Shown here one piece after another: positions 48,944 to 57,926 of a stretch of 64,000 nt of DNA; position 1 is the first letter of the stretch; every line of letters begins with the position of its first letter. The translations under genes and the position numbers were made by a program. The notes under the pieces were generated by a model. That model was given only the letters and a program-made list of their open reading frames with translations. It had not been told where the DNA came from and did no database searches. The DNA lies in the NCBI GenBank assembly GCA_035468285.1, contig DATISY010000007.1:19826-83825 (forward strand), given 5' to 3'. The stretch is from Acidimicrobiia bacterium (GTDB lineage Bacteria > Actinomycetota > Acidimicrobiia > IMCC26256 > PALSA-555).

Positions 48944-49519
48944 TCAGGCGGCGTCGACGTGCGCGACCCGCCAGGCCGCCGTCGCGGTGTCGAGCTCGGC
49001 GTCCCGTTCGAGCTCGCCCAGCACCGCGCGCAGCTCCGGGGTCAGCATGGTTTTGCGACCGAGGCGACGGTGGAACACGGGGACCAGCGTGCGATACCGC
49101 TCGAGGATCGCGTCCGGCGGTGTGTCGAACCGGGCGAACGCGACGCTGCCGTGGCGACGAACCTCGCGCACGAGGTCGTGCGCGTCGTGCAGCGTCACGG
49201 CGGCACAGACCCGCAGCACCGACGGCTCCGCGTCGTCCAGGAGATCGATGTCGGCGAGCGCCGCGGTGCACCCGGCGACGACCTTCGCGGCCTTCTTCCC
49301 GATCCGTTGGCGGATGACGCGGTTCGAGGCGCTGCCGGCCCGGGAGGCGTCGACGATCATCCCCGCGATCGCCTCCCGTTGCGAGCCCCCGTCACCGAGC
49401 ACGAGCGATGCGACGCCCAGGACCTGGGCCACCGACGGTGTGCGCGACGCATCGGTGTGCAGCTCGGTGGCCCACTGCGCCGCGTCGAAGAACCGTTTGC
49501 CGACCTCGATCTCAGCCAT
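48944..49519 (-). CDS. Hypothetical protein with weak, degenerate resemblance to an HD-domain (RelA/SpoT-type hydrolase)
   Basis: AAQWATELHTDASR...VAQVLGVASLVL...AIAGMIVDAS...KVVAGCT parallels the A..AH.GQ.R...H...VA...LLHD..ED layout, but the His and HD positions appear substituted. Start at MAEIEVGK. Confidence 0.4.
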   Translation of the reverse strand: MAEIEVGKRFFDAAQWATELHTDASRTPSVAQVLGVASLVLGDGGSQREAIAGMIVDASRAGSASNRVIRQRIGKKAAKVVAGCTAALADIDLLDDAEPSVLRVCAAVTLHDAHDLVREVRRHGSVAFARFDTPPDAILERYRTLVPVFHRRLGRKTMLTPELRAVLGELERDAELDTATAAWRVAHVDAA

Positions 49520-49572
49520 CGATCCGAACCTACCGAGGCCGGTCCTGTTGATGGTGGACCGCCGGGTGGCGG

Positions 49573-50523
49573 TCAGGCGGAGGCGTCCGCCGGGGCGGCG
49601 ACTTGATCGACGTCGCGGCGCACCGTGTCGTCGACCTGCCACGCCGTGGTCGCCGAGGCGTTGGCGCGGACCTGCTCGGGGCTGGTGGCGCCGGCGATGA
49701 TGCTCGGGACCAGCGGGTTGGCAGCCAGCCAGGACAGGGCCAGCTCGTGCAGGGTGTGGCCGTGCCGCTCGGCGAGGGCGGCGAGCGCCTCCACGACGGC
49801 GAACCGGTCGTCGTTGAGGAGCCGACCGACCCGGTCGGCGGGCCACTTGGCGAGCCGTGACCCGGGCGGCGGGGCCGCCCCCCGGGCGTACTTGCCGGTG
49901 AGCAGGCCGCTCGCCAACGGGAAGTACGGCACGAAGCTGAAGCCCAGCCGGGCGCAGGCGGGCAGGACCTCGGCCTCGGGCTCGCGGTGCACCAGGCTGT
50001 ACTCGTTCTGGACCGTGACGAACGGCCGGACCCCCCGCTCGGCTGCCGCGGCGGCCGCCTCGTCGAGCTGGGCGGCGGAGAAGTTCGAGCAGCCGATCTC
50101 GAGGACCTTCCCGGCCCGGATCAGCCGGTCGAGGGCCTCCAGGGTGTCGCCGACAGGGGTCTCGCTGTCGGGCTGGTGCATCCAGTAGAGGTCGACGTGG
50201 TCCATGCCCAGGCGCCGCAGGCTCTCGTCCGCGGCGCGAGCGACCCAGTCGGGATGACCACCGGTAAGGCCCTCGGGCGGGGGCAGCATCCCGAACTTCG
50301 TGGCCACGACGGCTTGGGTCCGGCGGCCCTGCAAGGCCCGCCCCAGGTGCTCCTCGGACGCGCCGCCGCCGTAGAGGTCAGCGGTGTCGAAGAAATTGAC
50401 GCCGGCGTCGAGGGCGGCGTCGACCACGGCCCGGGAGGCCGCCTCGTCGATCCGGCTCCCGAAGTTGTTGCAGCCCAGCCCCGCGACCGAGACCTCCAGG
50501 CTGCCGATCGTGCGCATCTCCAC
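49573..50523 (-). CDS. Aldo/keto reductase
   Basis: GLGCNNFG, FDTADLYG, HQPD, GCSNF and LAW... AKR family motifs. Confidence 0.9.
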   Translation of the reverse strand: MEMRTIGSLEVSVAGLGCNNFGSRIDEAASRAVVDAALDAGVNFFDTADLYGGGASEEHLGRALQGRRTQAVVATKFGMLPPPEGLTGGHPDWVARAADESLRRLGMDHVDLYWMHQPDSETPVGDTLEALDRLIRAGKVLEIGCSNFSAAQLDEAAAAAAERGVRPFVTVQNEYSLVHREPEAEVLPACARLGFSFVPYFPLASGLLTGKYARGAAPPPGSRLAKWPADRVGRLLNDDRFAVVEALAALAERHGHTLHELALSWLAANPLVPSIIAGATSPEQVRANASATTAWQVDDTVRRDVDQVAAPADASA

Positions 50524-50828
50524 CAGTGCCGCCTTCCGTCAGGCCCCGACGCTCGGCCCGCCCCGGGGCCGGGGGCTCTGATCGTTTCCGAGGAGGTTCT
50601 TTACGCAGGGTTGATGCCCCAATGCTTACCGTACGACCACGCGGTCTCCCGAGACCCGGCGCCAGATGGTTCCAGAGCCGGTGGCGGGTCGGGGCGGCTC
50701 GCGGGAACCGGCCGGTAGCTGCCCGCACAGACCCCCGGGCCGGTTCGCCGTGAGCCGTCCCCCGGGAGGCCGCATCTCCTGGGCCGGGCTGGCGTCGAGC
50801 GGCACCGGGCCGCAACGGGTCGCCGAGG

Positions 50829-52274
50829 TCAGCTGACCGGCGCGGGACCCGCGGCGGGGCTGGGCGGCTCGTCCGGCGCAGCGCGGTAGGGCAGGAACGC
50901 GAACGCCATGACGAGGACGATCGGCAGCGCGTAGGCGAAGGTGCCCCGCAAGACGGTGTCGAACACGCCGCCGGTGTGGTGGGTCGGCAGCCGCCACGCC
51001 GCCAGGAGCACCGCGGCTTGGGCCCACACCACCCATCCGATGCGGGAGATGCGCCGTTCGGCGAACATCGGGAGCGCCCACCCCGCGTACCAGGGGAGGG
51101 TGTACTCGGCGGCGACGACGTATGAGGCGGTAGCGACACCCGCCGCGAGGTCCGGACGCGGCGCTCGGGCCCACCGCCAGGCGAGCCCGAGGCCGAGGAC
51201 GGCGGTCAGGGCGAGCGACAGATAGAAGATCGTGGACAGCGTCGAGTTGTGGACGATCAGGCCCGGCAGGTCCCGGCCCGCGTCCTTGCCGACGAGGAGC
51301 TGCGCGGGGAGGTTCCACGGCGAGCCCGGCGTCACGGTGTGGTCGGCGCCGTTGAGGACGTGGGACGCCCCGGCGAGGAACGGCAGGTAGACGAGGCCGA
51401 CGAGTGCACCGGTCGTCAGCGTCGCGGCCACCGCGACGCGGCGTTCCCCGCGTCGCCAGAGCCAGAAGACGACCCCGGCGAGGGCGACGACCCCGGTGAT
51501 CTTGACCAGGGAGGCGGCGGCGATGGCTGCCCCGGCGAGGACGCCGCGCCGCTCGTACGCGAGGAGCACCGCGGCCAGGATGGCGAGGCCGACGAACGCG
51601 TCGATCTGGCCGTTGTTGACGATCACCGCGCCGAAGAGAGGATGGAGGCCCAGCCAGGCGACCGCGCTCGGGCTCCGGGTCCGCCGCCAGACCAGCCACA
51701 GGACCGCAGCGACGACGAGCAACGCTCCGAGCTGGAACAGGAGCCGGTCCACGGTCACCGAATCCCCCGCGAGGAACGTCAGCGACGCGGCGTACCCCAC
51801 GAAGGCGGGGCCGTACACCGACCCGCGGTGCTGCCAGATCGGGCTGACCCGCTTGTCGAACGGATCGGTCTTGAAGTCCGCGGGGACCCGCTGGTACGGG
51901 CTCGACCCGTGCACGCTCACCATCCGTCCGTACATCGTGTACGACCACACGTCGTTTGACGAACGGGGCGGGAGCGACACCGCGACGAGCAGCACCAGCC
52001 CGATCGCCGCGACCACCGGCCGGATCCCGATCCGGGGTCGCCGTTGCTCCAACACGATGAACACCGCGGCCGCGGCGGTCGCGACGACGACGGTCGCTGC
52101 GCTCAACACCGAGTGCCGAGAAGAGACCAGGACCAACAGCAAGGTGATGGTCGTCACCACCAGCGCGACCATCGACGCCGTCGGCCGATCGCCGCGCCCC
52201 GATCCGGCTCGGGGCGATGCCGTGCCCGCCGCGCCGGTGGCGGCGGTCGACCGCGGCGGTAAGGCGGCCGTCAC
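50829..52274 (-). CDS. Polytopic membrane protein, probably a GT-C-type glycosyltransferase (DUF2029/GT87-like)
   Basis: About 11 TM helices. The first extracytoplasmic loop SSNDVWSYTMYGRMVSVHGSSPYQ resembles the Asp-containing loop of polyprenol-phosphate-dependent mannosyltransferases. The start may be the internal Met (MVALVV). Confidence 0.55.
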   Translation of the reverse strand: MTAALPPRSTAATGAAGTASPRAGSGRGDRPTASMVALVVTTITLLLVLVSSRHSVLSAATVVVATAAAAVFIVLEQRRPRIGIRPVVAAIGLVLLVAVSLPPRSSNDVWSYTMYGRMVSVHGSSPYQRVPADFKTDPFDKRVSPIWQHRGSVYGPAFVGYAASLTFLAGDSVTVDRLLFQLGALLVVAAVLWLVWRRTRSPSAVAWLGLHPLFGAVIVNNGQIDAFVGLAILAAVLLAYERRGVLAGAAIAAASLVKITGVVALAGVVFWLWRRGERRVAVAATLTTGALVGLVYLPFLAGASHVLNGADHTVTPGSPWNLPAQLLVGKDAGRDLPGLIVHNSTLSTIFYLSLALTAVLGLGLAWRWARAPRPDLAAGVATASYVVAAEYTLPWYAGWALPMFAERRISRIGWVVWAQAAVLLAAWRLPTHHTGGVFDTVLRGTFAYALPIVLVMAFAFLPYRAAPDEPPSPAAGPAPVS

Positions 52275-52360
52275 GAATCTCGGACGCTACTGCACCACCC
52301 CTCCGGGGCCTGGTCGCCGCCGGGAGACGACCGGCGGGGTGGAGCGGCCGGCCGCCGCGC

Positions 52361-52609
52361 TCACTCGAACGGCGGTTCCGTCAGGTCGGGGGGTAGCGCG
52401 GCCCCGGACCGCCGGGCGTTGGCCTCCCGGCGCACCGACACGGCGAGGACCGCCGCCACCGCGACCGGGAGGAACCACCAGGGGTTCAGCGCCCCGTCGG
52501 CGAGCAGGGCGGTCGCGCCCAGCGCGACGACGACGGCGAGCGCCGCGGTCCAGTCGTCGCCGACGAGGAACTCGTACCAGAACTGCCCGAACCGCCGGAT
52601 CCGTCCCAT
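52361..52609 (-). CDS. Small membrane protein
   Basis: MGRIRRFGQFWYEFLVGDDW followed by two TM helices. The start lies 1 nt after the stop of the upstream membrane gene. Confidence 0.5.
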   Translation of the reverse strand: MGRIRRFGQFWYEFLVGDDWTAALAVVVALGATALLADGALNPWWFLPVAVAAVLAVSVRREANARRSGAALPPDLTEPPFE

Positions 52610-52610
52610 G

Positions 52611-53369
52611 TCAGGAGCTGGCCTTCACCGGGGTGGCCAGCGATCCCGATTCGCGTCGTAGGAGGGCGATGAGCCCGAAGGACACGGCGGCGAGGAAGGC
52701 GATGAGGCCGATGATCGCGAGGTCCTGGCCCGGCCAGGACACGCCAGCGCCCTCGGCGGACCAGAACGTCCCGAAGGTGCTCAACATGATCCCGACGGCG
52801 AACTTCAGCGAGTTCTCTGGAACCCGGCTCAGGGGCCGGTGGACGAGAGCGCCGACGGTCGCCACGACGACAAGCGCAGCGCCCGCACCGACGGCCGCCA
52901 ACCCGATGTGGCCCTCCGTGCTGCCGAAGGTCACCACGATGAAGGCGACCTCCAGTCCCTCCAGGAACACGCCCTTGAACGACAGGGTGAACGCATACCA
53001 GTCGAGCCGGGCGACGGTGCGATGCTCGGCGTGGCGTGACTCGTCGATCTCGCGGGCGAAGATCTCATCCTCGTCGTGGAGCGCCCGGAGGCCCGCGGCG
53101 CGCAGGATCGCCTTGCGGAGCCACTGCAGGCCGAACACCAGCAGCACCGCGCCGACGACGATCCGCAATGCCGAGATCGGCACCTGGGTGAGCGCGGGAC
53201 CCAACGCGGCCACGACGAGCGCGAGCGCGACGAACGCTGCCGCGACACCGATCGTCACGGATCGCCACCCGCGGGTGACGCCGAGCGCCAACACGATGGT
53301 GAGTGCCTCGACCATCTCGACGGCGGACGCCAAGAAGGTGCTCACCACCAGCACGACGGTGGGGGTCAC
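52611..53369 (-). CDS. Integral membrane protein (COG4280 / GDT1-like internal repeat)
   Basis: Two repeated acidic TM motifs (SAVEMVEALTIVLA and FLEGLEVAFIVVTF). Six or seven TM helices. Confidence 0.55.
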   Translation of the reverse strand: MTPTVVLVVSTFLASAVEMVEALTIVLALGVTRGWRSVTIGVAAAFVALALVVAALGPALTQVPISALRIVVGAVLLVFGLQWLRKAILRAAGLRALHDEDEIFAREIDESRHAEHRTVARLDWYAFTLSFKGVFLEGLEVAFIVVTFGSTEGHIGLAAVGAGAALVVVATVGALVHRPLSRVPENSLKFAVGIMLSTFGTFWSAEGAGVSWPGQDLAIIGLIAFLAAVSFGLIALLRRESGSLATPVKASS

Positions 53370-53453
53370 GGGGTTCTCTCCTCGGTCATGACCCCTCGAG
53401 TCTCATCGGCCGGCCGGTCGGCCGCCAGCCCGGCAGCGGAACGGGCTGGCGTG

Positions 53454-53975
53454 TCAGCGACCGCTGCCGTCCCGTCGCGGTGACTGGGCATCGCGTTCAC
53501 CGACGGCGGTGATGCTCCCATCGGTCTCGAGCACGCACTCCCGGACCCCCGTGGTGCTCGCGAACCCGCGTCCTCGCAGCGCGGCGTCGAGGTCAGGAAG
53601 GGTCAAGCCGACCCGGCGGAGATGCTCCTCGATGATCGTCCCGTCGTGGACAAGCAGGATCGGGCCGCCGTTCACGAGATGGCTGAGAGTCGGGACGCGC
53701 AGGAACACGACGGTCAGCAGCCGGTTCAGGATGAGCAGCGTCGCCGCGGACACGAGCCCTGCAGCGAGGGAGAGGTCACCGTGGATCATGGCCGTCTCCA
53801 CTGCGCTGCCGAGCAGGAGGACGACCACGAGATCGAGGGCGCTGAGCTGCGCCAGCTGGCGCCGGCCGAAGAATCGCAGGAGGAGGATGAGGAAGAAGTA
53901 GATCCCCGCGGTCGACCCCGCGACGACCAGCAGGGTGCCGGGGGAGGAGCTGCCGGCAGCGGCGACCGTGGGCAC
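53454..53975 (-). CDS. DUF421 (YetF-like) membrane protein
   Basis: RFFGRRQLAQLSALDLVVVLLLGSAV...ILLVHDG...LRR.GLTLPDLDAALR...V..CVLETDGSITA matches the DUF421 layout. Confidence 0.7.
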   Translation of the reverse strand: MPTVAAAGSSSPGTLLVVAGSTAGIYFFLILLLRFFGRRQLAQLSALDLVVVLLLGSAVETAMIHGDLSLAAGLVSAATLLILNRLLTVVFLRVPTLSHLVNGGPILLVHDGTIIEEHLRRVGLTLPDLDAALRGRGFASTTGVRECVLETDGSITAVGERDAQSPRRDGSGR

Positions 53976-54025
53976 AGACCAAGATATGCCGGAACCGGCC
54001 CCGGCCCACGAGAGCGAGCCCCGGC

Positions 54026-54559
54026 ATGCCCCTGCTCGCGCAGGTGTTCGACTACCCGAGCGTCAGCGGCGCAGCGACGATCGCCGCCAAGACCGCGGTG
54101 ATCTACGTGTTCTTGATCGTCGGGCTCCGGGTGCTCGGCAAGCGCGAGTTGGGACAGCTCAGCCTCTACGACCTGGTCATGGTGATCATCCTCGGCAACG
54201 CGGTCCAGAACGCCATGATCAACAACGACAACACCCTCGGTGGCGGCCTCGTCGCCGCAACGGTGCTGCTGCTCCTCAACTGGGGATTGAACCGGGTGAT
54301 CACCCACTCGCGCACCGCGGAGCGGGCCCTCGTCGGCGACCCGATCCTGATCGTCCACGACGGCAAGCCGTTGCGGGACCGGATGCAACGACAGGGCATC
54401 ACGATGGACCAGCTGATGGCGGCACTGCGCGAGCACGGTGTCGACGACGTCACGGACGTGCATATGGCGGTGCTGGAAAGCGACGGGACGATCAGCGTCG
54501 TCCCGGCCGGCACGACGGTGCTCAAGACTCGCCGCCATTACCGCGGGTTGCGGCTGTGA
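54026..54559 (+). CDS. DUF421 (YetF-like) membrane protein
   Basis: VLGKRELGQLSLYDLVMVIILGNAVQNAMI...ILIVHDGKPL...MDQLMAALREHGV..V...AVLESDGTISVV. Confidence 0.75.
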   Translation: MPLLAQVFDYPSVSGAATIAAKTAVIYVFLIVGLRVLGKRELGQLSLYDLVMVIILGNAVQNAMINNDNTLGGGLVAATVLLLLNWGLNRVITHSRTAERALVGDPILIVHDGKPLRDRMQRQGITMDQLMAALREHGVDDVTDVHMAVLESDGTISVVPAGTTVLKTRRHYRGLRL

Positions 54560-55074
54560 GCCTCCTCCTGGCGGTCGCCCCGCTGAGCGCGACCCGTGTC
54601 GGTGAGCAAGCGGCCAAGACATTCATCCTGGTCGTCGTGCTGCTCGTCGGTTTCCGGCTCGCGGGCAAACGCGAGATCGCACAGTTCACCGTGTACGACC
54701 TCGCGATGGTCATCGCCCTCTCGAACGCGGTGCAGAACGCCATGACCGGAGGCTTGGGGAACTTCGAGATCGGACTCGTCACGTCGAGCACCCTCGTGCT
54801 CACCGCGTGGGTGATCAGCCGCGTCATCGCCCGGCGACCACGCCTGGAGGCCGAGGTCTTCGGAACCCCGACGCTGCTCGTCAACGACGGGCGCGTACTG
54901 ACGGCGCGATGTCGGGCGGCCAAGGTCTCTCCCGAGGAGATCGCCGAAGCTTGCCGGGAGCACGGCGTCGACGGTCCGCGCGACTGCCACCTGGCCGTGC
55001 TCGAGGTCGACGGATCGATCAGCGTCGTCGCCCGGGCCGAGCCCGAGCCGGACCGGCCCCCGCCGCCCGCCTGA
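54556..55074 (+). CDS. DUF421 (YetF-like) membrane protein
   Basis: LAGKREIAQFTVYDLAMVIALSNAVQNAMT...LLVNDGRVL...EEIAEACREHGV...AVLEVDGSISVV. GTGA overlap with the preceding paralog. Confidence 0.7.
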   Translation: MSLLLAVAPLSATRVGEQAAKTFILVVVLLVGFRLAGKREIAQFTVYDLAMVIALSNAVQNAMTGGLGNFEIGLVTSSTLVLTAWVISRVIARRPRLEAEVFGTPTLLVNDGRVLTARCRAAKVSPEEIAEACREHGVDGPRDCHLAVLEVDGSISVVARAEPEPDRPPPPA

Positions 55075-55164
55075 CGCCCGCGCCTCCCGCCGCGACCGCG
55101 GAGCGTGACCGCGGCCGGTTCCACATCTCACGTAGCGCGACGTTGTGGCATCACGAAACCAAAC

Positions 55165-55209
55165 AACCGGTGTCGGAGCGGGGGTGTGGGTGCGCCGAGT
55201 CCGGTTTTT
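55165..55209 (+). terminator. Hairpin followed by a T5 run (intrinsic-terminator-like)
   Basis: aaccggtgtcgg...ccgagtccgg(tt)ttt. Arms pair 10 of 12 positions, and the stem is followed by ttttt, which is rare in this GC-rich window. It sits downstream of the DUF421 pair. Confidence 0.4.
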
Positions 55210-55282
55210 CGTCAAGTTGAGCGGCCGGGGGGCCGTCAATACAGGAAGGCCGCAGCGCGCGGCTGGCCTCGCCTGACTGCCC

Positions 55283-56437
55283 GTGACACCCATGACCCAA
55301 CCGTTCCGCTGTCGAGCCGCCGTCCGTGCCGCGCTCCTGCTCGGCATCGCGGTCCTGATCGCGGCCGCCTCGATTCCAGCCGGCGCGCAGACCCCCCCGC
55401 CATCCCCGCCGACACCCCCCGACGTGCTCACCACGGTCGCCCTGGAGCTATCGCGCACGACGGCGACGCTCGACTCCGTGGCCCGCGCCGAGGCGGACGC
55501 ACAAGCCCGCCTGACGGCGGCGCAGGCGGTCCTCGCGGACGTGACCGCCCGCACCACGGTGACGAAAGCGCAGATCGACCAGCTGAAGGCACAACTCGTC
55601 GGTCGGGCCGCGCAGGTCTACGAGCAGCACAACAACAACGGCGCCGTGCTGCGGGTCCAGCATGTGATCGACATCGCCGCCGGTGAGCAATACACGAACG
55701 CCGCGGCGATCGACGGCAGTCGTCAGCTGCAGCAGCTCAACCTCGTCGAGGCCCAGCTCGAGCAGGAGCAGGCGCAAGCGGCAGCGACGCGTCAGGCCAT
55801 CGCCGACGACGAGCTCCGCCTGGAAGCATCTCGATCCAACCTCGAGGCGGTTCGCGCTCGAGACCAGGCGCTACTCGACCGCGTCGGCGCGATCACGATC
55901 ATGGGCGATTCCCGACTCACCGCCGCGCAGGTCGCGGCGTGGTTCCACTCGACCGGTCAGGTCGCCCATCTCCCCGACGGGACCACCATCGACAACCTCG
56001 CGGGGATGTACATCGAAGAGGGCGCGACCGAGCATGTCCGGGGTGACGTCGCGTTCGCGCAAGCCATCATCGAGACCGGTTCCTTCGGCCAGACCCGGGG
56101 CAACAACTACGCCGGTATCGGCAACTGCGACTCCTGCAACGGGCAAGGCATCATGTTCGCGACGCCTCAAGACGGTGTACGGGCCCAGATCCAGCTCCTG
56201 CGCAGCTACGCGGATCCCAGCAGCCGGGCCGCGACCCTGGCGCACCTGCCTGAGCCCGCTCTCTTCGGCGGAACCCCGGCGGCTGCCGCCGCGTCGTACG
56301 ACTCGTTCGCTTACAAGGGCGCGGCGCCGGTGTGGAACGTCATGGGCAACGGCAAGTGGGCCACCGATCCCGACTACGCGACGAAGGTCCTCGACATCTA
56401 CGCCCGCATGGTCGGGTTCGCCGCGACCCACGGCTGA
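55283..56437 (+). CDS. Secreted protein with an N-terminal coiled-coil and a C-terminal glucosaminidase (PF01832)-like peptidoglycan hydrolase domain
   Basis: Signal peptide (AALLLGIAVLIAAASIPAGAQ), about 170 aa of heptad-like Ala/Gln/Leu/Glu sequence, then DVAFAQAIIETGSF...NNYAGIGN. Paralog of 12121..12951. The start is GTG 55283 or ATG 55292. Confidence 0.65.
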   Translation: MTPMTQPFRCRAAVRAALLLGIAVLIAAASIPAGAQTPPPSPPTPPDVLTTVALELSRTTATLDSVARAEADAQARLTAAQAVLADVTARTTVTKAQIDQLKAQLVGRAAQVYEQHNNNGAVLRVQHVIDIAAGEQYTNAAAIDGSRQLQQLNLVEAQLEQEQAQAAATRQAIADDELRLEASRSNLEAVRARDQALLDRVGAITIMGDSRLTAAQVAAWFHSTGQVAHLPDGTTIDNLAGMYIEEGATEHVRGDVAFAQAIIETGSFGQTRGNNYAGIGNCDSCNGQGIMFATPQDGVRAQIQLLRSYADPSSRAATLAHLPEPALFGGTPAAAAASYDSFAYKGAAPVWNVMGNGKWATDPDYATKVLDIYARMVGFAATHG

Positions 56438-56513
56438 GGTCACGCGCCTCGGAGTCCTGAGCGGGAGGACGCGGCGCATCAGGTGTCGCGGCGCGCGGGC
56501 CATGGTCCCGGCG

Positions 56514-57014
56514 TCAGTCCCCCGTCGCGCCGTCGAGCTGCTCCCGCATCATGTCGAGGTGCCCGGCGTGCCGGGCCGTCTCCTCGATCAGGTGCACGAG
56601 CACCCACCGCGCGCTGACCAGCCCGAAGGTCCGATGCGACCGGATGCTGAGCTGGTCGAGCGAACCGATATCCGCGACGATCCGCCGAGCGGCCTCGTTT
56701 TCGGCCTGGTAGGCGGTGACGACCGACGCGATCGTGTCGGTCGGTTCGAGGCGGAAGGTCACGGCGTTGTCGGGGCCCGAGAAGAGGGCCACGTCCTGCC
56801 CAGCCAAGTACCACCGGAACCACAGCCGTTCGGCCCACGCCAGATGGCGGACGATCCCGAGGGGGCTCAGGCCGCTCGGGGTGGCGACCCGCGCCGCCTG
56901 CTCCTGGGTCAGCCCGTCGACCTTGCGCGCCGCCACGGCCCGGTACCAGTCGAGGAACTCCCCGAGCATCGGGCGTTCGTCGGCGCGCCCACCCAGCGCA
57001 TCATCATCCATCAC
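56514..57014 (-). CDS. DinB-family protein (DUF664 type)
   Basis: LGEFLDWYR...GLT.EQA...GIVRHLAWAERLWF...HLIEETARHAGHLDMMRE matches the DUF664/DinB four-helix-bundle pattern. Confidence 0.8.
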   Translation of the reverse strand: MMDDDALGGRADERPMLGEFLDWYRAVAARKVDGLTQEQAARVATPSGLSPLGIVRHLAWAERLWFRWYLAGQDVALFSGPDNAVTFRLEPTDTIASVVTAYQAENEAARRIVADIGSLDQLSIRSHRTFGLVSARWVLVHLIEETARHAGHLDMMREQLDGATGD

Positions 57015-57056
57015 CGTGGAATCGTACGGTGCGCGATCTTCGCGGGGGACGGCGCT

Positions 57057-57902
57057 CTAGAGACCGGCGTCACCCAGTCGGCTCCGCAACCCGGGGTCGC
57101 GGACGAACACCGGGAGGTTGGCGCCGTCAAGGTACGAGGGCCGGGCGGAGGACCCGCCGTCGACCGCGAGTACCTGACCGGTGACGAACCCTGCGAGGTC
57201 GGACAGCAGGAACACGACCGCACCGGCGATGTCGTCCGGGTGGCCGCGTCGCCCGAGCGGGATCGCGGCGCGCTCGTCGACCGTGTCCGCCGGGCTGCGC
57301 TCCGGCTTGTTGCGTGGGACCCGGACGGTGCCCGGCGCCACCGCGTTGACGCGAATGCCGAGTGGTCCCCACTCCAGTGCCGCGGTTCGCATCAGTGCGA
57401 CCAACCCGGCCTTCGCCGCGGAGTACGCCGCGCCGAACGGCATCGCCGATAGTCCGGCGATCGACGCGATGTACACGACGCTGCCGGGGGTGCCCTGGTC
57501 GACCAAGCGGCTGGCAACCGCTCGTGACGTCACGAACGCCGACGCCAGATTCAGTCGGATCACCTCGTCGAACGTGGCGGGGGCGAGGTCCAGGAGCGCC
57601 GACCATTGGTCGAGCCGGAGGCCTCCCGCGACGTGGACGAGGCCGTGCAGCGCAGGGCCTTCATCGACCGTTCGGGCCACCGCGTCCGCGTCACGCACGT
57701 CGACCACGGTGAACCGGTGGGGACCGTTGAGGTCACGGAGCGCGTGCTCCGCGACGGCCAGACGGTCGGCGTCGATGTCCCACGCGACGACGGTCCCGCC
57801 CGCTTCGGCGAGGAGCCGACACACCGCGGTGCCGATCCCGCCACCCCCCGCGCCGGCGACGACCACGGCCCGCCCCGACAGACTCATTCGGTCACTGATC
57901 AT
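57057..57902 (-). CDS. SDR-family oxidoreductase (classical)
   Basis: [12 protein letters not shown]...YSAAK catalytic motif, VNAVAPG and ...VDGG. Start at MISDR. Confidence 0.85.
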   Translation of the reverse strand: MISDRMSLSGRAVVVAGAGGGGIGTAVCRLLAEAGGTVVAWDIDADRLAVAEHALRDLNGPHRFTVVDVRDADAVARTVDEGPALHGLVHVAGGLRLDQWSALLDLAPATFDEVIRLNLASAFVTSRAVASRLVDQGTPGSVVYIASIAGLSAMPFGAAYSAAKAGLVALMRTAALEWGPLGIRVNAVAPGTVRVPRNKPERSPADTVDERAAIPLGRRGHPDDIAGAVVFLLSDLAGFVTGQVLAVDGGSSARPSYLDGANLPVFVRDPGLRSRLGDAGL

Positions 57903-57926
57903 CGGGTCCTCCGTCGTGGGCGGTCG

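Noticed and set aside
55075-55282. Possible ydaO (cyclic-di-AMP) riboswitch upstream of the cell-wall hydrolase gene, as seen upstream of some actinobacterial rpf/hydrolase genes.
   Set aside because: None of the conserved ydaO segments I remember are present. The region is better explained by a hairpin with a T5 run (terminator of the DUF421 pair) followed by a promoter region.
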